DNA from: Azolla caroliniana | Lineage: Eukaryota; Plantae; Polypodiophyta | Direction: 5' to 3' | NCBI GenBank assembly: GCA_043228905.1 | Contig: JBHGNT010000012.1 | Location: 13,516,001-13,580,000, forward strand | Length of the DNA: 64,000 nucleotides | In this document: positions 48,768-61,007 of the stretch, piece by piece | Position numbering within the stretch: position 1 is the first letter of the stretch | How the letters are laid out: each line of letters starts with the position of its first letter | Notes under the pieces: generated by a model | The model's input: only the letters and a program-made list of their open reading frames with translations | What the model was told of the DNA's origin: nothing | Database searches by the model: none | Translations under genes and position numbers: made by a program

Positions 48768-50235
48768 TGTTACAGGCACGACCATATAATATTCTATACA
48801 CGTGGATAAGTGTGAGGGTTAAGCGAGAGTGTAAAGAAGGGGAGGATTACTTTTAATCCTCGGGATTGAGACAACCCATTAGGCCAAGTGTGAACTTGCC
48901 TGGGGGCCTTGGGTATCGCTATAAATAAGAGGCCTAGCTACCCTCATTTCATCATCTTGTTGACTACGTTGAGATTGTGTCTTGTGGTGGGTCAACGCTT
49001 GTAGTGAGCGCGCCAACACCAGGTATGACTCGACGCCACGGCGGTGGGTATGGGACGCCGATCGAGGCTCGAGTCCGTCTTGATCCCTTCACTCGGGGGT
49101 GGTCAGGTGGATCAACACCCTTCTTTCTCTCTCTCCTTTTTATCTAGATCTATGTTTTATCCTTATTTTATGCTTACATTAGTTCATGTCTCTAACAGTT
49201 GGTTTCAGAGTCTATGTTCTAATGTTTCTTTTGTTGGTTTTGTCTACTTGATGGATGACGATCAATGAATGTGTGGTCGACCTTGGTCCAAACAACAATC
49301 AACAAAGGAATTTCGGTAATCTTTCTTGTTTTTTTTGTATTTTTTCTTCTCCTATATATGTAATTGTTTTCATTAATTTAATGATGTTGTAGTGGTAATT
49401 AATTGGTTGTATAAAATGTTTACATATGTGCACGAGGTCAAAACCTCATTTGACATATAAATAATATGTGATTAGTGTCGTATGCGTATGAGGGTAACAC
49501 CTCAATTGCGTATTACGTTCACGTACATATGTTACGTATGCGTATGAGGTCAATACCTCGATTTCATTGTAAATGATATGTGTTTGGTGTCGTGTGTGGA
49601 TGAGGTCAATACCTCAATTGCGTATTACGATTAACCCTTATTTCTGGATGTTTCGTGTGTGTAGAAGCTACATGCCTCGATTACGTGTCTCAATTTCATC
49701 ATATGTTGGCTATTTGATGTTACGATTTTTTTTAATATACGCATATGTGGTCACGTGTATACGTATTTGATTGTATATATGTGATAAATAAACATATGTG
49801 TATATTTGATATTACGTGATCTTTATATTGAATGTTTTCCTTTTCAGGGAAAGGATCTTGGCGGCCGTCCTCACATTTTTGTGAGAATGGCGTTGTCACA
49901 TCCCTTTTTTCAACAATTTTTTATTGTTGACATTCCCGTTGGTGACTTCGATTTTATTACGTAAAGAAATGTCTATAGCCACAATGATGTTGAGAACGTA
50001 GGGCTTGACCCACTTCATGTGAGGTCGCTCCTATAACACACATATCCAACATCCCTCCCTTGTTACATGGATACGATGCCACCATGAGATCATTCTTACG
50101 AAAGGCATTCGTAATGACGTAACCATGTGATGGGCCACGTGGGCCTACTACGAAAAGAGGGCTCATTTGGCTTCACCATTAGGTTGCACTTTGGCATATG
50201 CCATCGTAATTACGAGACTTGAGGTTAGGTAACGT
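48768..50235 (+). mobile_element. B-family copy: 5' LTR 48768..49197, PBS and leader, interrupted by G
   Basis: Reverse-complement homolog of about 28460..29635; PBS TGGTTTCAGAG at 49200. Confidence 0.88.
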
Positions 50236-51173
50236 TGTCGTGCCTCTCGGCTCCGGATCGTTGTGTGAGTCGGGTGGGAACCACTGAGGTTTTGGACTAG
50301 GACAAAGAAGAATACAATATAAGGCTAGTTATAAATAGGTAGAAAGAGAAGTAAGAAATAAAACTTGTGAAACCCACATGTTTAGTGTATTTAATCAATA
50401 TTTAGATTGTAAGAAAGAGAATCTTTATGATAAACTCGTGAATCCCACGAATATATTAGATTGATCAATCCTTGTGAAATAATCAACAACATCATACATC
50501 TTTCTCTCCTCCTTATATAAGGATGGAAGAGGCTAAACATAGCTTCATGCTTTTTCTAAAGTGTTTATGCACACTAAATGTGCATGAGTTGCCTTTTACA
50601 CTATGCTTTTATTTCCTAAATATAGTGCTCATGCTCGCTAGATGTGCATGAGTAATTTTTTATTGGTGTACATTTTTCTTATAAATAAAGTATTCACGCA
50701 TTCTAAAAAAGCATGACTTACCTTTTAATAAAGGTAGGCGTAAATAAAGGTCTTATACGTATTAAATCTATATTTAAAACACTTAGGATAACTTAGTACA
50801 ATAGTAAGGTTGGGGTCTGTCTATGTGGAGATATAGGGTTCGAATTTTGCCCTATGCATGTAACAATCATTTCTTCTATTTATAAATTTGTCTCTTCATC
50901 CGGTCAGAGACTCTCACCGGCCTTCTTTATCCGGCTCTTGCCGGTTTTGCTTGATCCGATTCTTACCGGGTCTCCTTACCAGGTCCTCTTTGCCGGTTCC
51001 TCCTTCATTCGGTTCTCACCGGTTCTCCTTACTAGGTCCTCCTTACCGGTTCCTCCTTGTCCCATCCGGAGGAACAAAAATGCAATTTTCACGTAGTGTG
51101 CGAATTACACTACGACACTCTCCCCCTCCAAACCCGCACATCCTCTGGTATGTGCCGAAGTTCCCGATGCTCA

Positions 51174-54100
51174 TTATTCGCCTTCATCCGTAGCACTCTC
51201 CGATTCTCCCCTTATGTCGACTACGAGTTGAAGTTCACTTTCTTCGCTTTCCGCATCACCGCGATCTTTGTCCGGTTGCTCCTCGTTGTTGGTCTTGTCT
51301 AGGGTTACATAGGGTTCGTCGTCAGTCCACTTCTTGAATATCTTTACCCGTTTCCCTGCTATAGGCACTCGTAGTATTGTTCCATCCAACTCGGAAAGTC
51401 GGTAAGTTCCGTTGTCGAAAACTTTCCGAACCTCGTATGGCTTGAACCACCTTTTCGTGAACTTCCGTATCGTTGTATGTTGATGATCCAAACTACTATT
51501 ATAGACAATCACCCAATCTCCTTCTTCAATCTTCCGTGGTCCTAGTCGGTGCTTTGTGTCGAACATGCTTTTGTTCCGGAATCACGCTTCTTGTTGTTGA
51601 CGTGTTGCTTCCGCTATGGCTTCTGGTCTTCCCTCTAGTTGTCGTATCCAGACTGCTAGCAGTTCTTCCCGGTTCATCTCTTCCTTCCACGGTAGCACTG
51701 TCCATGTCGCGATCGTGGTTTCCGTCAGCATTACCGGTTCTTGTCTGGTCATAAGTTTTGTCGGCATATAACCGGTTATGGAGCTATGCGTCGTCCGATC
51801 CGCCCATAGTGCATACGGGAGCATATGCGGCCAATCCTTCACCCTTCCGTTGCATGCTTTGGCAAGTGCTTTGACGATCGGACTATGTCCTCGTTCGATT
51901 TTCCCGTTGGCCTCCGGATTGTATACCGTTGTTAGTGTTAACCGAACTCCATGTTTGGTAATGAATTCCCTAGCTTTATCAGAGTCGAGTTCTCCCCAAT
52001 CCGCAATCACTTGTCCTATGCACCCGTACCTACAAAACACCTCCTCCAAAAGAAATTGGCATACCGCAGAACACGTTTTCCGTCGTAGCGCCCGACCTTC
52101 TACTTGGTTTGTGAGATCTTCCCGAGCTAACACCAAGTACTTATTTTGTCTGATCCCGGTTGGCATGGCTACAATGTCGACCATCCATTTGAAGTTGATT
52201 GTTGGTGAGAATGTCGAATGTAACTCATCTCGGTGTCGAACTCCGGAGTAGATTTGACACTTCTCGCAGTTTTACGTGAGCTCCGCTATATCTTTGTACA
52301 TATTCTTCCACCAATATTTTTGTTTGATTTTCACAAAAGTTGCCCATGTTCCTCGATGTCCAGCCTAATCGGATTCGTGAAACTTGGACATTATCCGGTT
52401 TCGTTGCTCTTTCATCCTGACTACCCGAAGTGGTATGCCATCCGGTCTTTTTGGCTCCCTCCATATTAATCCATTTTTCAAGAAGAACTTTTGGACTTGC
52501 CTCTTCTTCCATTGGATCTCGGCTCTCTTCTCTTTATCATCCAATGGTTCCTCAATCTCTTGTAGCACCTTCCTGATCATCAAGCTTTCTCCCTCGTATT
52601 CTTCTTCTCGGAATTCTTAGATTATGTTTACTCGGCATATGTGCTCCGAAGCAAAGTAGTCTTCAAAAACTTCTTCATTATCGGATTCAGCTATGTCGTC
52701 TCCGAACTGAGCCCTTGATAGCATATCCGCTACCGCGTTGTCTTTTCCGGAGATGTGTCCTACGTCCGGGTTAAGTGACTTAACATATGCAATCCATCTT
52801 AGCATAGCCACATCCGGTATCGTGCAACACTGCATCATCCCGAGTATCGGAAGACAATCCATTTTGATCACTACTTCAGCTCCGATCAAATAATCTCGAT
52901 CCGATTTGATTGCTGACACGACTCCCCATAATTCTCTTTTGACTTGTGCATATCCGCGTTGCCTTTCGTTGAGAACCTTTGCTCCGAATCGGATCGGATA
53001 TTGCAACCTATCCGAGTCGGCTTGATTGATGACCCATCCGATCCCGGTTGGACTTGTATCAACCGTTACTATGATCGGTCGCTCATAGCTCGGCTTCTAA
53101 AGTGCTTTAGCCCTCCGTAGTGTTTTCTTGAGCTTCTTCATGGCTTTGGTGTGTTCCGGTTTCCATTTGAACTTCTTCCCCTTCTGCAATAAGTGATAGA
53201 GTGGGTCCGCAATATGTGCATAGTGCGGAATCCATATGTGATAAAATGCACAAGCTCCAAGAAACCTTCGGACTTCGGATTGTGACTCGCATACTTCTTT
53301 CATAGCTTGAATTGCATCGATCTTGGTTGGTAACGGTCTTCGGCCGTAGGGCCCACATAGATGTCCGACTACCAATATCTCTTCTTGCCCGAATGCCGAT
53401 TTCTCCCCGGAAAGTGTTAGGTGCACATCTTCTAACTTTCGAAGCACTTTCTCGCAATCACGAATATGGTCGACTACGAACTTTCGGCATCCCCGATCAT
53501 CCATAGTTTCATCTTTTTCTTCTACCGTGCATCCTTTCATCGGAATGTCATCTAGGAACGACATCGTTATCTCTGGAATGCAATCTCGAAGCACCTTGTT
53601 CATCGCGTTCATCATATGTGCAACCGAGTTTGTCGCTCCTTGTGGTAGTGTGCACATTCGGACTAATCCTATCAGTGTCCGCATGGTAGTGATGTCTCGG
53701 CTTTCCATGACTAGTTGGAATTGGTCATACCATGAGTATAGGTCTCCGATGGAGTATATCGCATGGCTGGCAAATGCTTCCGCAAATTCGTCCACTATCG
53801 GACCGACTCCGGAGTTCCGGATCGTGACCTTGTTCACCGGTTGCAAGTCATGGATAAATCAGAGTGACCCATTCTTCTTCGGAACCGTAAACCATCGATT
53901 TGAGTACAGAGCGTTTGATGGCTATAGAATCCCCATCGCCACCTTCTCCTTGAGCAAGTCGATGATTTTGGGAATATGCGCCCGCAGCACCGGAATCAGC
54001 TTCAGGTTCCATGGCACATGGTCAATCGTGAAGATCACCATCGGCTCCACTATCTTCGGATCAATGCACCTTATCTCCTTCAATGTGAATGCAAATGCTT

Positions 54101-55941
54101 TCGCATGTTGTTCCAACATCCCACGTAATCGTTCTTCTTCATTTTGTAAAAGGAAACCACCTGCACCGATCCGAAGTTTCTTCTGGGTCTCATCCGTGAA
54201 GGCATGTCCAATATCCACGGACTTCCGAAGTGTCGGATCTCCTGAGACTTCTTTCCTCTTTTGCTCGCTATTGGCGGGTAACGGTCCAGCGACCGGTTTC
54301 ACTTTCTTCTCCACGGTCTTGTATTTCGTACCTACCATTGCTTCTTCTTTGCGGAGCGCATCCGGCCCCATGTTCGCAATGATCTCTTACATCTCGACCA
54401 ATTCCACCGGGACTACCCAGTCTCCTTGGCTTTTATCCTCCACAAGCTCTTCAAGTCGTTGTAGCGTGCTCCCATAGAACACTTCTTCGACTACCCCCAC
54501 GATTTCTTCGTCTTCTTTTATTATTGATGAAGAACACAACTTATCCTCTACTTTTTGGTATTCTTTCTTCTTTCATCCGGTTATGGCCATGTACATAGAT
54601 GTCCCATCCAGACCGATTCGTACTTGTTTTGCTCCGAGAGTTTTCTTCCTATGTGGGGTATCAGGGCTTCTCGGACTATCACTTCCCCACTCCGCAACAA
54701 TCCTTTCTAAAAATCCATCCTTGTTTGGGACAAGAGCTCTCTCTTGTTCCTTTCATGATTTGCCGGCACAGTTAGGAATTGGACGGATTTCCCTCCGCTT
54801 TGGCTCCGAATTCGTGCTAAAACTGCACCGCTATTGAGCACCTTTGTCTCCATCCGTGAAGCCATGATAAAGGGTTGCCCGAGGATCACGGAATGTGAGA
54901 CATCGTCTTGTATGAAGAAATTTTGGTCAATATCGACATCCCCGATCTTCACCGTCACATCCGAACATGCCACAAATAGATCTTCCGTTGCTTTAGTGGT
55001 TGCCCGGATCTTCCATCCATGATTAGTGTTTATAGGCCACTTTCCCTTCTGGTAGAACTCCTTGGACATCAAATTGATCTCCGATCCGTGATCAATCAAT
55101 GCTAGCACGGGCTCTTTGATGTTGTCGATTCGGACCGGAGTCTCCGTAGTTGCACGTGCCCAATGTGGCCTTGTGTAGTGGGAATTCGGAATTTCGTCCC
55201 CCACTTCGGTGTCATTCATCAAAACCGTGTTCGCATTTACCCTTGGAGCGTTCTCCTCCCTACTTTGTCTTTTTCTCTTCACGAGATCCACAAGAAGATC
55301 ATGGAACTCCTTCGCTATTCCGAGTAATTGCCGAAGTGAAAATTCCACCCGGCTATTGAGGATTCTCTCCTCGAACACTTTTTTCAAGTTCGTTTGTTGT
55401 TCGATGTCCAAGGTGAGTTTGAATGCCGGAATTGTCTTTTCTTTCCCCTTGAGTTCCAGGTTTTAGGTCTCTTTGATGGTCCGGCCGCATCGTCCATGCG
55501 CTATTGTTTCTCGTCTACATACACCTCATGCAATTGGCATAGGGCATGTACACTATTCTGATCAACGGGGCAGTCCCATCCCGTAGCTTCTCGAATTCTT
55601 TCCGTGGTGCTTCAGATATCATTGGAATCGGTTTTCTTGGGGTTTTCTAACACTTCTGGCCAAAAAGACGTCTTTGCTCTCGATGACTCCCCGACACGTA
55701 TTCCCGCGGTTGTCGCATAATTGCTTTTCGCCGCTATTTCCTCCTCGAGGACCTTCTTCATGCCGCCTTTCCGGAGGTTCGGTCGGAGTGGCTTCCAAGA
55801 GTCCATAGAATGGATCCGATTTCCCTCGTAGTAGATAAGATCCCGTCACAACGCCTCCTTGTGCTCGTCACAATGCCTCCGATCATGTTTGGTGCTATCG
55901 CACCATATGCACCGACGGTCCATATACTTGGAGCTTGTGGG
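51174..55941 (-). pseudogene. G gag C-terminus, PR, RT, RH and integrase
   Basis: CIWCDSTKHDRRHC; ALIDHGSEINLM; LPQGATNS, FLDD; VDIVAMP, NPEANGKIER. Confidence 0.93.
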
Positions 55942-58900
55942 TGACGAGAAATATGCAGAATAATCTCTGGCCACAACCAAAGCGTAGATCACTTGATGAC
56001 AATCAAGCACAGAAGAAATGGGAATGGAGGTAAGTACACAAACAGAAAGAGAATACACAGGATGTTAATGTGGAAAACCCTGAGAGGGAAAAAACCACGG
56101 GAGTCCACAGACTCCAAACTATCACTATGTCAAGGAGTACAACAGGGAGAACAGAGGTAACGACCTCTTGCTCACAATCTTCCCATGGCAGCGGTTACAA
56201 CAGAGACATGCTCTGTATCGCTCTCTCTCTCTCTCTCTCTCTCTATACCGTCGTTACACCAAAAAAACTATACAACGATAATAACAACAACTATAATGAT
56301 GATCTATAAACATTGTTTTCCCTAGGTCACATTTATACTAATATGACATTAGGACTATTTGCATCATCCGGGTCTCATTGGGCCTGGATCATCCGGTTCT
56401 TACCGGGTCTTCCTTGCCGAGTCTTCGTTTCGCATCCGGAGGGACCGAGATCCTAACAAACTCCCCCTTCACTCCGGCATGGGATGCCTCGTCAATCCGA
56501 TACGCTTCCAGCATGTGTTTAGCTTGTCAAGCATCAACACCTTGGTCAACATATCCAATCCGTTCTCCTCCGTGTGGATCTTCATCAGCACGAACTCTCG
56601 GTCTTCTACTCGGTCCCGAATCCAGTGGTACCTCCGCTGGATGTGCTTCGTCCTGGAATGATACGTTGCGTTCTTCGCAAGGTGGATGGCACTTTGACTG
56701 TCACAATAGAGCCAATATTCCTCTTGCCAGATCCCTAGCTCTTCGATGAAGTCCTTCATCCATAGTATTTCCTTGCTGGCTTCCACAACCGCCATGTACT
56801 CCGCTTCCGTGGCTGACAACGCAACCGTCTTCTGCAGCCTCGATTGCCACGAAACAGTTCCCCCTGCATATGTTATGACATATCCGGATGTTGACCGACT
56901 GGTATCCGCATCAGCCGACATGTCTGAATCGGTGAAACCGTCAAGTTGGGGTTACCGGGGCCAAATAGGCATATGGTATATCTTCATCATATCCGCCTTC
57001 TCTACCTTTGTCTTCGGGCTTTGCTTACTGGATAGCCTGCAGTTTGCCTGAAGTGTCGATCCGACCGGTTTCTCATCTGACATGTTGAACCGCTGAAGCA
57101 CCTTTGTCATGTACTTCTCTTGTGACAGCCACAATTGCTTCATTGGCCGGTCCCGGATGATATGCATCCCCAACATCTATCTTGCCGGAGCCAAGTCTTT
57201 CATTGAGAAGGTCTGGTTCAGGGCCTTCTTCAGCATCCGTATCTTGACTTGGTCTTGTCCGACGATCAACATGTCGTCCACGTACAAGAGGAGTATCAGG
57301 AAGTCTCCACCTTCGAACTTCTTCACAAATACGCAGTGATTGGCCTGCAACTTGTGGTACCCTTGATCAGTCATGAAGGAGTCAAACTTCCGGTACCATT
57401 GCCGGGGAGCCTGCTTCAACCCGTAGAGGCTCTTTTTTAACCGGCAAACCAGGTGCTCCTTCCCTTTCCTCACAAATCCCTCCGGTTGCTGCATGTAGAT
57501 CTCCTCTTCGAGGTCACCGTGGAAGAACGCCGTCTTCATGTCTAACTGCTCTACCTCGAGGTCCATGCTTGCCGCTATGCTCAACACCGTCTGGATGGAA
57601 GTCATCTTTACTACCGGGGCAAATATCTCGTCGAAGTCCACGCCCTTCTTCTGCTGGAACCCCTTCACCACGATCCTGGCTTTGTACCTTGGAGGGTTGC
57701 CGACATCTCCCGGTTTCAACTTGTACACCCACTTGTTTCGAAGTGCCCTCTTTCCTTTCGGCAACTCCACCAATTCATACGTGTGGTTCTCATGCAGGGA
57801 ATCCCTCTCGTCCTACATGGCACTCAACCACTTGCGGCTATGGGTGTCATCTTTTGCTTCTTCGAAGCTTTCCGGCTCCCCCTCATCGGTCAGCATCACA
57901 TGTTCTGCATCCGGAAATCTCCGGGGGGCCCTTCTCTCTCTGAGAGGATATCTCCGTCTTTGGCTTTCGGCAACCGGCTCCTCTATTTGTTCTTCATCCG
58001 AATCTGATTCGGGGTCTGGGCCAGTTCCGGTTTCACCTTCCTCTACTTCTTCTTCGGCCGGTTCGGTATCCTCACCATAACCAACTGGTTCCTCGAGTGT
58101 CAACCGGCTCTTAGCCGGGTGGGTCCGAATCTCATTAGAGTTCATTATCTTCTTCTCCGACTCCCAATCGGCAATAGTCTTGTCCTCCATGAAGATAATA
58201 TCTCGGCTCCAGAAAACCTTTTTGTCAATCGGATCCCACACTCGGTAGCCAAACTCATCATCGCCATATCCGAGGAATATGCATGGCCGGGTCTTTGGAT
58301 CCAACTTTCCTCTCCGGTCCTTAGCAACATGCACATACTCGACACACCAGAACACCTTCAAATGCCATTAGGACACTTCCTTACCGGTCCACACCTTTTG
58401 CGGCGTGTCTGCATCCAAGGGCACTAAGGGTGATCTGTTTGTCACATACGTCACTGTCGACAACGCCTCAGCCCAAAACGTCTTGGGTAGTTTAGCATGT
58501 GCTAGCATACTCCGGACCCTCTCCATTATTGCCTGGTTCATCCTCTCGGCTAGCCCGTTTAGTTCCAACGTCTTCGGCACGGTAAATTCGAGCCGAATTC
58601 CCTTCGAGCAGCAGTACTCCTCGAATTGCCCCCAATATTCCCCTCTGTTATCTGCTCGAACCGCCTTTAGCTTCCGTCCGGTTTCTCTTTCCACTCTTGC
58701 GTGAAGCTCCTTGAAGACGGATAACACCTGATCCTTCGTCTTCACTGGTGTGGCCCACAGCCTCCTGTTGTGGTAATCTATGAACGTCACAAAGTACTGC
58801 GCTTTGGCATGGGACTTCGTGTCCACTTGACACACATCGGTATGCACCAACTCCAATGGTGCATTACGTCTCATCGGTGTCCTTGATTGGAAGGAGGTCC

Positions 58901-61007
58901 GGTTTTTCTTATCGGCTAGGCAGTCAGTGCACCTCTCAAGATGCACATTCTTCACCGGAATGAGGTTGTCATTGGCAAGCCTCTTCACGCTCATGTGACA
59001 CAGTCTCTTGTGCCATAGCTCACCGGCAGTGTCGGAAGCCACGTTCACTTCTTCCGGGCATAACCGGGCATTCATCAGGTACAACGTGTTGACCTTCCGG
59101 GCTCGAGCCACTATTAGGCTCCCTTTGTTGAATTTCATGACTCCGTTCTGGATGCTACTTGTGTAGCCTTCATCATCTAGCCGACCGACTGATATCAGGT
59201 TTAGTTGAACCTCCGGAACGTTTCAGACATCCTTCAACAACAGTTTGCATCCGGTTGGTTTTGTCAACCACATGTCTCCTATGCCGACAATTCGGCATGT
59301 ACCTTCATTCCCCATCTGGACACAACCGTGATCACCGGCTATGTAGGATGAGAAGCATTTCCGGTCCGGGGTAAGGTGGAACGACCCATGTTGTCTCTTC
59401 GCCGGCAAGGTTCAACTCACTCTCCTCGGTGATGAGCATCAACTCTTCTTCACTTGCCGCGATTGCCATCGTTCCCTTCCGGTCTTTACCGTTCTGGTCC
59501 GGTGTCTGCTTCAAATCGGTACTGTCGGTTTCCTTGTCTTTTCGGAAGTGCCAACAGTTCTTCTGGAAGTGTCCTGGCTTGCCGCAGTAGAAGCAAGTAG
59601 GCCTCCCCCTTGACTTTGACCGTGTCCCTGACTTTTCCCGGTTCTAGGGACTACGGTTCCTTTGTCTTCCGCGTTCCAATTTGGTAAGGAGCGCTTTGGA
59701 GTCGGAGCTCGTATCCTTGTCTTTCTGATACGCCTCCTCATCTAGCAAGCTCGACTTCACTCTTGCTAGGGATAATCATTTCCCTTCTGGCCCGTCGTTG
59801 CCCAAAGTGACAACCAACGTCTCCCAACTATTTGGGAGGGAACCGAGCAGGAGTAGTGCTAGTACCTCATCGGCGAGAGGTACTTCCAATGATGTTGCTT
59901 GGTGGATCAGCCCCTGCAAGGCATTCATGTGCTCCGCCATGCTGGAGCCATCTTGGTACTGGAGTCTTACTAGCTTCCGAAATACCGAAAGTTGATTAAC
60001 AACATTTTTGTTCTGAAACATAATGCCGATCTTCTCCCAAAGCTCACGAACCTTGCTCTCTTCATTGAAGTTGTTGTGTAGACTCATGTCGATGAAACAC
60101 TGTATGTATGTCATTGTCTTCATGTGCATCACCTCCCATATCGTGGCATCGATTTAGTCCGGTCTCTTGTCCCCGAACTGAACCGGCAACCAAAGATCTT
60201 TAACCACGAGCATGTCCCTCATCTTCGACTTCCACACTGAGTAGTTGGGGCCGGTGAGCTTGAACATGCCTCCCAACGAATCGTCCATTTTTTTGTGTCA
60301 TTTTGCTCTGATACCAGTTGACGAGAAATATGTGGAATAATCTCCGGCCATAACCGAAGCGTAGATCACTTGATGACAATCAAGCACAGAAGAAATGGGA
60401 ATGGAGGTAAGTACACAAACAGAAAGAGAATACACAGGATGTTAATGTGGAAAACCCTAAGAGGGAAAAAACCACGGGAGTCCACAGACTCCAAACTATC
60501 ACTATGTCAAGGAGTACAACAGGGAGAACAGAGGCAATGACCTCTTGCTCACAATCTTCCCCTGGCAGCGGTTACAACAGAGACATGCTTTGTATCGCTC
60601 TCTAACTCTCTCTATACCGTCGTTACACCAAAAAAACTATACAACGATAATAACAACTATAATGATGATCTATAAACATTGTTTGCCCTAGGTCACATTT
60701 ATACTAATATGACATTAGGACTATTTGCAGATATAGCCCCAATGGGCTCTCAGAAACATATCTACATATATGTCCCTTCATCCGGTGACAGGTTCTCACC
60801 GGGCCTGCAACATCCGGTTCTTACCAGGTCTTCCTTGCCGGGTACTCGTCATATGGTTCTCACCGGGTTTGCATCATCCGGTTCTCACCGGGTCTTCCTT
60901 GCCGGGTACTCGTCATCCGGTTCTCACCGAGTCTGCATCATCCGGTTCACACCGGGTCTTCCTTGCCGGGTCTTCGTATCCCATCTAGAGGGACCGAGAT
61001 CCTAACA
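55942..61007 (-). mobile_element. Full-length but disabled Ty1/Copia H inserted in G gag
   Basis: LTRs 55942..56458 and 60319..61007; TSD GTGGG/TTGGG; PBS TGGTATCAGAGC 60305..60316; PPT from 56461; order gag-PR-INT-RT-RH. Confidence 0.95.
56469..60288 (-). pseudogene. Copia H polyprotein with stops and frameshifts
   Basis: LLLGSLPNSW gag; LWHKRLCH, LVHTDVC, NGLAERMN integrase; YKARIVVKG, YVDDML RT; YCDSQSA, RTKHI RNase H. Confidence 0.93.

Noticed and set aside
53527-54477. 316-aa plus-strand ORF
   Set aside because: Antisense to G reverse transcriptase; no motif and no equivalent long ORF in element 1
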